From an uncultured Mucilaginibacter sp. (GTDB lineage: Bacteria; Bacteroidota; Bacteroidia; Sphingobacteriales; Sphingobacteriaceae): a stretch of 64,000 nt of DNA. Below the pieces are notes generated by a model. The model was not told the origin of the DNA and ran no database searches. It saw only the letters and a program-made list of their open reading frames with translations. Positions 8,009 to 17,709 of this stretch are shown here, piece after piece; within the stretch, counting starts at the first letter, position 1; every line of letters begins with the position of its first letter. Position numbers and translations under genes: made by a program. The stretch is taken from the NCBI GenBank assembly GCA_903927645.1, contig CAIYNX010000135.1, positions 1,153-65,152 of the forward strand, written 5' to 3'.

Positions 8009-9715
8009 TTAATTTTCCTCAAATCTAATTCCTTTTATGTTTAGTTGTATAGTCCTTTTTTCCTGCCATACATTTTCTTCAATAGTGTAACAAATATCAA
8101 AAGGAACATCCTTCTTAATATTTTCAAGGTATTCTGCCTGGTTAAAAGCTATACAACTAAAACCCGGCGAATCATTTTGAATTACTGTTAATTTTAAGTG
8201 TTTTAATCCTACAATTGCTGCCGCACCGCTAACATATACATTTTTAGAAATAAAAATGGGTGCCATATTACCAGGTCCAAATGGAGCAAACTTGTTTAAT
8301 ACACGGTAAAATTTAGGTGTTATTTGGTTTAAACGTAATTCGGCATCAATAAGTACTTGGGGTATTAATTGTTCGGGTAAAATGGTGCTGCTTACCACTT
8401 TTTCAAATTGGTTGGAAAAGGCTTCCAAATTTTCTGGTAACAGCGTTAGCCCGGCAGCGTATTTATGACCGCCAAATTGAACCATTAATTCGCTGCAATT
8501 GCAGAGCGCTTCATATAGGTCAAAACCTACTACACTACGCGCTGAGCCTGCCATCACGCCGTTTGATTTGGTAAGCACTATGGTGGGCCGATAATACTTT
8601 TCAGTAAGCCTTGACGCTACTATGCCTATAACGCCTTTGTGCCAGTTTTCATTATATACAACGGTGGTTTTACGGTCTATCAATAATTGGTCATTGTCAA
8701 TCATTGCCAATGCTTCTTCTGTAATTTGTTGATCATGAACTTTGCGCTCCGTGTTTTTAACATTTATCAGCCAACTTTTATCAATGGCTGCCGCTTCCCC
8801 GTTTTCAATTAATAATTCGACTGAATGCTTTGCATCATCAATCCTACCTGCCGCATTAATCCTTGGACCAAGTAAAAATACAATATCACTAATGGTATAA
8901 TTACTAACCTTGCCAGCCACTTCCATTAAAGTTTTTACCCCTATACTTGGGTTGTTATTTATTTTTTCAAGCCCCAAATAAGCTAAAATCCGGTTTTCGC
9001 CGGTTATGTGAACAATATCACAGGCAATGCTAATGGCCACCAAATCAACATAGCAATTTACTTCCTCGTTAGCGATATTATTTTTTTCGGCATAGGCTTG
9101 TACCAGTTTATACCCTATTCCGCAGCCCGATAACTCTTTGTAGGGGTATTCACAATCCGGCCTTTTAGGATCTAAAATGGCTATGGCATCCGGGATTTTT
9201 TCTCCGGGCAGGTGGTGGTCACAAATTATAAAATCAATACCTAAAGTATTTGCATAGGCAACCTTATCAATTGATTTGATGCCACAATCGAGCGCAATTA
9301 TTAATTTGAAATTATTTTGAGCTGCATAATCAATGCCTTGTGTTGATATGCCATAACCTTCGGTGTAACGATCAGGAATATAATATTCTAATTTATTACA
9401 ATATTTTTTAAAAAAAGTAAAAGAAATGGCAACTGCTGTAGTGCCATCAACATCGTAATCACCATAAATCAATATCTTTTCATTATTTTTAATAGCATGT
9501 TCAATCCGGATCACCGCCTTTTCCATGTCGGCCATCAAGAAAGGGTCATGGAGATGCAATTCATCGGGTCTAAAAAAAAGACGGGCATCTTCAAATGTTT
9601 TAATACCCCTGCTTATCAATAGGTTAGTTAAAACGATATCAATATTTAATTCTGAGGCTAATTGTTCACTTGTATTTATATCAACAGGTGGGCTCACCAA
9701 CCAGCGTTTATTCAT
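8009..9715 (-). CDS. recJ: Single-stranded-DNA-specific exonuclease
   Basis: YGDYDVDG, CDHH, PRINAAGR, GSARS, FGGHKYAAG, PFGPGN. Confidence 0.95.
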   Translation of the reverse strand: MNKRWLVSPPVDINTSEQLASELNIDIVLTNLLISRGIKTFEDARLFFRPDELHLHDPFLMADMEKAVIRIEHAIKNNEKILIYGDYDVDGTTAVAISFTFFKKYCNKLEYYIPDRYTEGYGISTQGIDYAAQNNFKLIIALDCGIKSIDKVAYANTLGIDFIICDHHLPGEKIPDAIAILDPKRPDCEYPYKELSGCGIGYKLVQAYAEKNNIANEEVNCYVDLVAISIACDIVHITGENRILAYLGLEKINNNPSIGVKTLMEVAGKVSNYTISDIVFLLGPRINAAGRIDDAKHSVELLIENGEAAAIDKSWLINVKNTERKVHDQQITEEALAMIDNDQLLIDRKTTVVYNENWHKGVIGIVASRLTEKYYRPTIVLTKSNGVMAGSARSVVGFDLYEALCNCSELMVQFGGHKYAAGLTLLPENLEAFSNQFEKVVSSTILPEQLIPQVLIDAELRLNQITPKFYRVLNKFAPFGPGNMAPIFISKNVYVSGAAAIVGLKHLKLTVIQNDSPGFSCIAFNQAEYLENIKKDVPFDICYTIEENVWQEKRTIQLNIKGIRFEEN

Positions 9716-9853
9716 ATCTTTATTGCTTTAACTGGTAAATATATAGCAAATAATATTTTGTTTATAGCAAAGGTTTTAAAATACAGTATACCAGTATTTA
9801 ACGTGATTGAATAAAATTTAAAAAAAAGATTTAAAGTTTCGAAATTATTATAA

Positions 9854-10627
9854 ATGGAAATTTATGCATTGGGCGAAGGCTCCTATTCGGTTGATGGTAC
9901 AAAAAAATTTATTCCTTTTAACCCAGCACTTGATAATACTAAAGATAGGCCTGGTTCTATTTTTATACATGTAAGTCCGTTTTTAGTAAAAACCAGCAAC
10001 GATTTAATTTTATTTGATACTGGTTTAGGGTATCAAAATACTTCGGGCGAATTGATTATACACCAGCATATTCGTGAGGCAGGTTATGAACCGGAAGATG
10101 TTACGCTGGTACTTATGTCACATTTGCATTATGATCATTCAGGAGGTTTGGTTCGTGAACATAACGGGAAGCTTCAAGCAAGTTTTATTCGAGCCGAACA
10201 TGTAATTCAAAAACAGGAATGGGAGGTAGCTGTTCAAGGTAAATCTTCATCATACCACAAAGAAATTTTTGAAGCACTTGATAAAACTGCAAATATAAAC
10301 CTTGTGCAAGGAAATGGGGTTTTAAAAGATGGTATCCGCTTTGAATTATCAGGCGGGCATTCGCCATATCATCAGGTTTTTTATTTGGAGAATGAAGGTA
10401 GTAAATGCTTTTTTGGTGGTGATGAGTTGCCGGAGCCCGAGCAATTGATTAGGAAATTTGTTGCCAAGTATGATTTTGACGGTAGGAAGGCGATGGCTTT
10501 AAGAGAAGACTACGGTAAAATGGCTGCCGAAGAAAGATATACCTGTTTATTTTACCATGCCAAAAATCTGAGTGTAGGCAATGTTGTTTATATTGAAAAT
10601 GCCTTTAAGGTTATTCCTTTAAATTGA
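9854..10627 (+). CDS. Metallo-beta-lactamase-fold hydrolase
   Basis: FDTG, SHLHYDHSGG metal motif, GHSPYHQ. Confidence 0.85.
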   Translation: MEIYALGEGSYSVDGTKKFIPFNPALDNTKDRPGSIFIHVSPFLVKTSNDLILFDTGLGYQNTSGELIIHQHIREAGYEPEDVTLVLMSHLHYDHSGGLVREHNGKLQASFIRAEHVIQKQEWEVAVQGKSSSYHKEIFEALDKTANINLVQGNGVLKDGIRFELSGGHSPYHQVFYLENEGSKCFFGGDELPEPEQLIRKFVAKYDFDGRKAMALREDYGKMAAEERYTCLFYHAKNLSVGNVVYIENAFKVIPLN

Positions 10628-11047
10628 GTATTCCTCTTTAAATAAATGCTTCAGCTTATCAACATTTAAAGGCTTGGAAATAAAATCAGTAACGAGTTCA
10701 AAAAGGCGTGATTTGTTAATGTCATTACTGAAAACTGATGAAGAAACTATGTAAATTTTAATCTTACCATTAGGGTCGATATTTAATTTTTCAAATTCCT
10801 CCAAAAACTCCCATCCGTTCATAACCGGCATGTTAATATCGAGCAAAATATAATCAGGAAGCAACTCAGGATCACTTAGGCAAATTTCAGATAGTTGTTT
10901 GATAGCAAACTTGCCATTTAAACAAGCTTTTATATCTGTATTTAGCAGTGTTTTCTTTATTAATTTGATGGAGATAAAATTATTTATCTCGTCGTCATCA
11001 ACAAGTAAAACATTTATTGATTTTTGTGCTTGCCCCATTATATTCAC
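10619..11047 (-). CDS. Single-domain response regulator
   Basis: LLVDDD, ILLDINMPVMNGWEFL, FISKPL; no output domain. Confidence 0.9.
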   Translation of the reverse strand: MNIMGQAQKSINVLLVDDDEINNFISIKLIKKTLLNTDIKACLNGKFAIKQLSEICLSDPELLPDYILLDINMPVMNGWEFLEEFEKLNIDPNGKIKIYIVSSSVFSNDINKSRLFELVTDFISKPLNVDKLKHLFKEEYSI

Positions 11048-11448
11048 TATAGTTTTTAACTAAAAATTAAATATATATTAGAATATCTTGTACTATTACT
11101 CTTATCCAATTAAAAGGCCTAACCCTATTTTTTGTTAAAATTAAACAATAATATTTAAACAATACTGTTTATTTAATTTTTATAAATATAAAACATTAAA
11201 TATATTGTATACAATATAGTTCATAACATTGTTACAAAAAAGGTTTTAAAAATATTTAAGTGGTTTATTTGGATTAAATCTCCAAATCCATGTTGTCTTA
11301 AATCCAAATTCTTTAATATTTTAGCCGATATTTAATAATGGAGATGAATGTAACCATAAAAACAATTTTTGTTTTGTAAAAATTGGGTAGCTTTATAGTA
11401 GAATTAATTTGCATCAAATTTTAACCAATTAAAATTATTAAGGTATTT

Positions 11449-12474
11449 ATGTCAGAATTATCAAAACCAATTGTCACCGGAATTTTATCATATGGTATGT
11501 CGGGAAGGATTTTTCATGCCCCATTTATAAACACTAACCCACATTTTAAATTCAAGGCAATTGTTGAAAGAAGCCAAAAGAAGGCAAATTCAATATACCC
11601 TGAAGTAATTAGCTACCAATCTGTTGATGAATTATTTGCCGATGAAGAAATAGAACTTGTAATTGTAAATACCCCAAACAATACCCATTTTGAATACACC
11701 ATAAATGCTTTACAGGCAGGAAAACATGTATTACTTGAAAAACCTGCTGCAGCAACAGCCGATGAAGTAAAGCAAATATTTGAACTTGCCAGAAAAGTAA
11801 ATAAAAATGTGATGGTTTACCATAACCGCCGGTGGGATAGTGGATTTTTGCTGATGAAGGAAGTTATTGAAAGCGGCCGGCTTGGGCAATTAATTGAAGT
11901 TAGTTTAAGGTTTGATAGATATAAAAGGGAAATAGGGCCTAAAAAGTTTAAAGAAACAGCAAGTACCCCTGCAAACGGTTTGGTATATGATTTGGGCTCG
12001 CACTTAATTGATAACGCTATTTACCTATTTGGCAAACCTTTGAGCTTTACCAAAACGATAGGCATTTATAGGGAAAACTCTGAGGTTGCAGATTATTTTA
12101 ATTTTCATATTAAGTTTCCTAACCAACTAAATGTATATTTAACGTCGAGTTTGCTTACTGCCGAAAATTTACCTGGTTTTGTGGTAAATGGTACCTTAGG
12201 AAGTTTTGGGAAAGATCGTTGCGATGTTCAAGAAGCTCAATTGGATGGCGGTATGATGCCGAATGAGCCCGGCTATGGTGTTGAACCTGAAGGTAGTGAA
12301 GGCAAATTAACTTTAATTGATAATGCGAATAAGAAAACTATTGAATGGTTAAAGGCTCCGCTTGGAAATTATATGGGCTTGTTTAATGATGTTTATAATA
12401 CCATACGTAACGGTGTGGCATATCCTGTTACCGAAGAACAATTGGTTTGGCAATTAGAGCTATTAGAGGCATAG
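11449..12474 (+). CDS. Gfo/Idh/MocA oxidoreductase (YdgJ/YhhX-like)
   Basis: YGMSGRIFHAP, GKHVLLEKP, HNRRWD, DLGSHLID. Confidence 0.9.
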   Translation: MSELSKPIVTGILSYGMSGRIFHAPFINTNPHFKFKAIVERSQKKANSIYPEVISYQSVDELFADEEIELVIVNTPNNTHFEYTINALQAGKHVLLEKPAAATADEVKQIFELARKVNKNVMVYHNRRWDSGFLLMKEVIESGRLGQLIEVSLRFDRYKREIGPKKFKETASTPANGLVYDLGSHLIDNAIYLFGKPLSFTKTIGIYRENSEVADYFNFHIKFPNQLNVYLTSSLLTAENLPGFVVNGTLGSFGKDRCDVQEAQLDGGMMPNEPGYGVEPEGSEGKLTLIDNANKKTIEWLKAPLGNYMGLFNDVYNTIRNGVAYPVTEEQLVWQLELLEA

Positions 12475-12503
12475 AATTATTGTTTAATATTTATTTAAAA
12501 CTT

Positions 12504-12992
12504 GTGAAAAAACTACTTCTGTTATTCGTTTCGTTAATTGTTTATGGCTGTACCAATGCCCAAAATTTTACGCCTCCATCTACTATACCCCCTTACAAAA
12601 TTTTAAATACCGACAGCGTAAACATTACGCCTGCCAATTTAAAGAAAAACAAGCCGGTAATGATTATTTACTTTTCGCCTGATTGCGGTCATTGCCAGCA
12701 TTTAATGAATGAGATGAAGCCGTATTTCGAAAAATTAAAAGGGGTACAGGTAGTAATGATTACCTTTGTTATTCAGTTAAGAGCCATACAAGACTTTTAC
12801 AAAACCTACGGACTAAAAAACTATCCCAATTTTATAGTTGGTACAGAAGGATATCCTTATGCAATGCAAAAGTTTTACCAAATAAAAACTACCCCTTATA
12901 TTGCCATATATAATAAATATGGGGTGCTTGATAAAACATTTGAAAAAGCGCCTTCTATGAATGATTTAATGACTGAGATTAAAAAATTATAA
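12504..12992 (+). CDS. Exported thioredoxin-fold (TlpA-like) protein
   Basis: Signal peptide from GTG 12504 (VKKLLLLF...), FSPDCGHC, cis-Pro region KTTPY. Confidence 0.8.
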   Translation: MKKLLLLFVSLIVYGCTNAQNFTPPSTIPPYKILNTDSVNITPANLKKNKPVMIIYFSPDCGHCQHLMNEMKPYFEKLKGVQVVMITFVIQLRAIQDFYKTYGLKNYPNFIVGTEGYPYAMQKFYQIKTTPYIAIYNKYGVLDKTFEKAPSMNDLMTEIKKL

Positions 12993-13007
12993 TTTACAGA
13001 TTTAAAA

Positions 13008-13979
13008 TTATTGTTGTTGTTGTTGCTGCTGTTGAATAATTTCTAAATAGCGCTGATAACTATTTTTGGTAAAATCAGCAACTTTTGTTGTTGCATGTGC
13101 TTCATTTATAATGGTTTCGTTATTATTCAAAGCATTTTCATGATCAACAGAAACGGCAACTTCCAGCTTATGGTTTGACGAACCCTTGTATACACCTTTA
13201 ACTGGCGAACAATCAGAAAAATTACGCCCAACCGCCAAACGTACATGATTATCATTGGCAACGCAATTATTTGTAGGGTCAATTCCTAACCAACCATATT
13301 CGGGTATATAGGCTTCTGTCCAGGCATGGGTAGCACCTTCACCACGCATAGTGCTTTTGCTCGAACAAATATATCCGCTTACATATCTGGCCGGAATATT
13401 AACCATGCGCAGCATTTCCATCAATATATGAGCAAAATCCTGGCATACACCCGCTTTTAATTTCCAAATTTCGTCAAGTGTAGTTTCAACTGTTGTTACA
13501 CCTTTTATATAATTAAAATTTTCGTAAACATATTTACAGAAGCGTAGGGCTACCTGATAGGGTCCATCATCCTGAACCCAATTATTATTTACAATTGTAC
13601 GTAGTTCATCAATACCCTGAAAATATTCTTGCCTTAAAAAATCAATATAAGGAACTACAAATTGAAGTCGTTTAAGATCTTCCCATTGTTGTGTTGGGAA
13701 TATTTCGGTTTCGGGTAAACTTCTGTGTTTAGTTGTAACCCATATTTTTGAATTGATAGTAAGCACCTGGTGAGGTTCGCGAATAGTAAAACTTCCAACC
13801 TCATTGCCATAATAATCAATGTAGGTATCAACCACCGGGTTTCCGCTAATGGTAAGTTCTTGTTTAAGTAATTCCTGATATTCGTCTTTTATCGGAAATA
13901 GTATAATTTGGTTGGCACTGTCACGTACAGGTGTTTCATAGCTGTATCTTGTAATGTGCTGTATTTCAAATTCAGGCAT
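13008..13979 (-). CDS. Transglutaminase-like protein (Bact_transglu_N + catalytic core) with C-terminal Gln8
   Basis: IQHITRYSY N-domain; GVCQDFAH (Cys), ATHAW (His), IDPTN (Asp), ARYVSGY, VGRNFSDCSP. Confidence 0.92.
   Translation of the reverse strand: MPEFEIQHITRYSYETPVRDSANQIILFPIKDEYQELLKQELTISGNPVVDTYIDYYGNEVGSFTIREPHQVLTINSKIWVTTKHRSLPETEIFPTQQWEDLKRLQFVVPYIDFLRQEYFQGIDELRTIVNNNWVQDDGPYQVALRFCKYVYENFNYIKGVTTVETTLDEIWKLKAGVCQDFAHILMEMLRMVNIPARYVSGYICSSKSTMRGEGATHAWTEAYIPEYGWLGIDPTNNCVANDNHVRLAVGRNFSDCSPVKGVYKGSSNHKLEVAVSVDHENALNNNETIINEAHATTKVADFTKNSYQRYLEIIQQQQQQQQ
13011..13034 (-). repeat. CAA/CAG tract encoding Gln8 immediately before the stop
   Basis: CAA CAG CAG CAA CAA CAA CAA CAA then TAA. 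Confidence 0.95.
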
Positions 13980-14069
13980 CTTATTTTTTCGATATTATTT
14001 TTACAGATAATTTAAATCTGCTAGTAATCAATTATTTACTTATAAATAATTTGGTTTATAAAGTTTTAT

Positions 14070-15005
14070 TTATGAATGAGCAAAGTAATGTTCATTTAAC
14101 GAATTTCCAATACCATATAATTCTTTTCTAATCTGACTTAAAAAGGTATTGATTCCTTCCTGCTCAATGCTACTTACCGAACTGTATTTTATACGACTTT
14201 GAAGTCGGCCAATCATGAAAGACATGTCTCTAAAATCGTCATGATTGCTTTCGTTTTTCAACCTTTCAAAATAACGTTGAATGTTATTAACCGAATAAAT
14301 TACAGAACGTGGGAAATCAGTATTTAAAACCACCTGCTCCAATATGTTAGAAGCTTCAAAGCCTTCGCGATAAGTTTTTAAATAAAGTTCATATCCACCT
14401 AATGATAATAATAAATGTTTCCAATAGGTAGTATCAGTTAGTAAATCCGGGTTATCATTAACTGAGCCAAATTTGGTATCCAGAATATCAACAGATTGTA
14501 TAGCCCGTTCAAGGTACTTGCCAATATTCATGAAACTACGACCTTCGCCGCGTTCCATTGTGATTTCGGCTGTACCATAATAAAGCATTACCTGTTTAAT
14601 CAATACATCCAATACACCAATTGGGTCTTCGCGTAAAATCGCTTTTTCAAGCCGTGGATCTTTTACGGTATGATAATATTCATTTAAGCATTGCCATAAA
14701 TCCTTTGGTATATGTTCCTGTACTCCGCGCGCATTTTCGCGAGCAAGAGTAATGATATTAAGAATGGAGTTAGAATTGCTTTTCCCAACCACCATATACT
14801 TCAAAACCGATCGGCTATTGTTTTCAAGCTTATTGGCTTCTTCCTCGTCCGATCCTGCAAAAATTCGGATAACCGGTTCCCAGGTAAATTCCTTTATCGT
14901 ATCCTGCGAAGAGGCATAATTTATTTTTAGCATACGGAGCATACCGTCGCTACGTTCAATATATCTGCTCAACCAATAAAAACTTGCTGCTACCCTACTT
15001 AACAT
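14070..15005 (-). CDS. Alpha-E domain protein
   Basis: MLSRVAASFYWLSRYIER, ARENAR, GKYLERA (two ER motifs), FPRSV. Confidence 0.92.
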   Translation of the reverse strand: MLSRVAASFYWLSRYIERSDGMLRMLKINYASSQDTIKEFTWEPVIRIFAGSDEEEANKLENNSRSVLKYMVVGKSNSNSILNIITLARENARGVQEHIPKDLWQCLNEYYHTVKDPRLEKAILREDPIGVLDVLIKQVMLYYGTAEITMERGEGRSFMNIGKYLERAIQSVDILDTKFGSVNDNPDLLTDTTYWKHLLLSLGGYELYLKTYREGFEASNILEQVVLNTDFPRSVIYSVNNIQRYFERLKNESNHDDFRDMSFMIGRLQSRIKYSSVSSIEQEGINTFLSQIRKELYGIGNSLNEHYFAHS

Positions 15006-15067
15006 GCCTTTGAATTAGAATTTTTTTATTTAAATATTATGCCTATCCAATCAAGAAATACAATTTA

Positions 15068-16516
15068 TTAGGCCAATACCCATGTATCTTTACTTCCACC
15101 ACCTTGCGAACTATTTACTACCAACGAACCTTCTTTTAAAGCTACCCTGGTTAGCCCACCCGGTACAATTTCAATACCATCAGGCCCGAAAAGTGCATAC
15201 GGTCTTAAATCAACCCTGCGTGGATGCAAGCCGCCTTGCATATAACAAGGTGCTGCCGAAAGACTGATGGTTGGTTGTGCAATAAAATTACGCGGATCTT
15301 TCAATACCTCCAGTTTATAATCTTCCATTTCCTTTTCGGTTGCCGCATGCCCCATTAGCATACCATACCCACCACTACCATTGGTTTTTTTAATCACCAT
15401 TTTATTTAGGTTGGCAAAAACTTCCTCACGCTCATCGGTATTCCCTAACTGGTAGGTTGGTACATTTTTTAGTAATGGCTCCTCATTTAAGTAATAACGA
15501 ATCATATCGGGTACATAGGTATAAATAGCCTTATCATCAGCTACACCTGTACCAACTGCGTTTACTATAGCAACATTACCCTTTCGGTAAGCACCCATAA
15601 TACCTGCCACACCCAACATACTACTAGGGTTAAATACTAGCGGATCAAGGTATTCATCATCCACTCTTCGGTAAATTACATCCACCTGTTGTAATCCCGT
15701 TGTAGTTTTCATGTAAACCTTATGGTTATTCACCACTAAGTCTCTACCTTCTACCAATTCAACACCCATTAACCTCGCCAAGGTTGTATGTTCAAAATAA
15801 GCTGAATTGTAAATACCCGGAGTTAATAGTACGATGGTTGGGTTTGATATTTGCCGTGGCGATAAGGCCAATAAGTTTTTATATAAAATGGTTGGATATT
15901 CTGTTACGCTCCTAACACCACATTTTGGCAAAAGATCAGGAAATAGCCTTTTGGTGATTTCGCGATTTTCGAGCATATAACTTACACCTGATGGCGTACG
16001 CAGGTTATCCTCCAGAACATAAAAAGTACCGTCGTAATCACGAATAAGGTCAATTCCCGAAATATGCACATAAATATCATAGGGTACTTGCAATTGATAC
16101 ATTTCCCGTAAAAAGTGCGGGCATGAATAAATCATATCAATCGGAACAATACCATCTTTTACAATAAATTGGTTGTTATAAACATCCTTCAAAAAGAGGT
16201 TAAGAGCAGTTAAGCGTTGTTTAATTCCTTTTTCAACAAATTCCCACTCTGGTGCAGTAATAATTCTTGGTATAATATCAAAGGGAAAGATTTTTTCAAT
16301 ACCTTCTCCACTATTATATACAGTAAAAGTAATACCCTGACTCATAAACAGACGTTTTGCCAGTTCCTCCTTTTTGTTTAAGTCATCGGCCGACTCACCG
16401 GAGATATATTCAATCACCTTACGATAATGGTCGCGAACCTTTGAATCTGGTCCATACATTTCGTCCCAAACGCCATTTATAGCATTATATTTATCAAAAT
16501 AAGCTGATTCCTGCAT
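15068..16516 (-). CDS. Circularly permuted ATP-grasp type 2 ligase
   Basis: GITFTVY, FPFDIIPR, VLEDNLRTPSGVSY, VIYRRVDD, GSGGYG, PGGLTRVAL, NSSQGGGSKDTW. Confidence 0.95.
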   Translation of the reverse strand: MQESAYFDKYNAINGVWDEMYGPDSKVRDHYRKVIEYISGESADDLNKKEELAKRLFMSQGITFTVYNSGEGIEKIFPFDIIPRIITAPEWEFVEKGIKQRLTALNLFLKDVYNNQFIVKDGIVPIDMIYSCPHFLREMYQLQVPYDIYVHISGIDLIRDYDGTFYVLEDNLRTPSGVSYMLENREITKRLFPDLLPKCGVRSVTEYPTILYKNLLALSPRQISNPTIVLLTPGIYNSAYFEHTTLARLMGVELVEGRDLVVNNHKVYMKTTTGLQQVDVIYRRVDDEYLDPLVFNPSSMLGVAGIMGAYRKGNVAIVNAVGTGVADDKAIYTYVPDMIRYYLNEEPLLKNVPTYQLGNTDEREEVFANLNKMVIKKTNGSGGYGMLMGHAATEKEMEDYKLEVLKDPRNFIAQPTISLSAAPCYMQGGLHPRRVDLRPYALFGPDGIEIVPGGLTRVALKEGSLVVNSSQGGGSKDTWVLA

Positions 16517-16872
16517 AAATAAACCTGTTCATTAATAAAATAGATAATCAGTTAATTTTAAAAACGTAATTTATGAAGTGTTTTTATATAATAAAGAATT
16601 TTTTGTTATTTTTTTTGATAAAATTTTAAATATTTAGATGTAAACCAACAAATTTTGTAATTAATAAGCTTTAAATCATATTTTTTTATCCTTTATTTTA
16701 AAAAAGCTGAAATAACTTAATGAATTTGCCCATTATAATATTTATACCATATCAAAATTCAACTCTTTATAAAATTATAATGTTATTTATTGCCTTTCAA
16801 AAGGTATTAAAGTTAATTTATTATAAATAAAGCATAAACACCTTAAATAAAATTAAGCTTGCTTATTTCCAT

Positions 16873-17613
16873 TCAAAATTGACTGTTTATTTGCTCAAAT
16901 AAAGTATCCCCCTTAGCTTTCAAACCTATTGCCATGCCTATTGGTGCTTCTAATTGGTCGTTTTTAATGGCATTCATTGCACCCTCTATAAATTCGGCAA
17001 CTGGTATACCTCCATGCGATTGACTTTTATCCGTTCTGCGATCATGACCAAGTTCTGTGTCAACTGCTGGAGGGGCAATTTCGAATACTTTTACACCTAA
17101 TTTTTTTAGTTGATGACGCAATGAAAGTGTTAATGAATGCATAGCCGCCTTGGTAGCGCAATAAACCGGCATAAATGCAATTGGTACAAAGGCCAAACCT
17201 GAGGTTATATTAATAATTGCTGCATCGTTGTTTTTAGCAACAATTGGAGTAAATAAACTCGCCAAATGAGTTGGTGCGATAAAATTTGTTTCAACCTCTA
17301 ATGATATTCTTTTAATATCTGCTGGATGAGTTAAATCAGTAGTTAATTGTATGCCCGCATTATTTATAAAAATATTTAATCGCGGATAATTTTCTTCCGC
17401 CCAATTTGCTAACCCAAGCCGTTCGCTATTATTGGCAACATCCGAATATTTTATAATAATATTAGGAAATTTTTTTTTGATGGCATCGAGCCTTTCCTGC
17501 CTTCGGCCGGTTATAATTACGGTATTGTTATTTTTTATAAACTCCTCTGCAAAAGCTAATCCTATCCCTGAGGTACCTCCGGTAATTAAAATGGTGTTTC
17601 CTGAAATGTTCAT
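16873..17613 (-). CDS. Short-chain dehydrogenase/reductase (DltE-like)
   Basis: TGGTSGIG, INNAGIQ, YCATK. Start at MNISGN. Confidence 0.9.
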   Translation of the reverse strand: MNISGNTILITGGTSGIGLAFAEEFIKNNNTVIITGRRQERLDAIKKKFPNIIIKYSDVANNSERLGLANWAEENYPRLNIFINNAGIQLTTDLTHPADIKRISLEVETNFIAPTHLASLFTPIVAKNNDAAIINITSGLAFVPIAFMPVYCATKAAMHSLTLSLRHQLKKLGVKVFEIAPPAVDTELGHDRRTDKSQSHGGIPVAEFIEGAMNAIKNDQLEAPIGMAIGLKAKGDTLFEQINSQF

Positions 17614-17709
17614 TTTTTTGTTTTTGATTGTATATAAAAACATATAAAGTTAAAACAAAGTTTGCTTTGAACAGTATTTCAGAAAAAAGAAAAGTAGAAT
17701 AAAACCTGA

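Noticed and set aside
9854-10627. MBL-fold gene as an antibiotic-resistance beta-lactamase
   Set aside because: No signal peptide and a generic HxHxDH motif; more like a cytoplasmic hydrolase.
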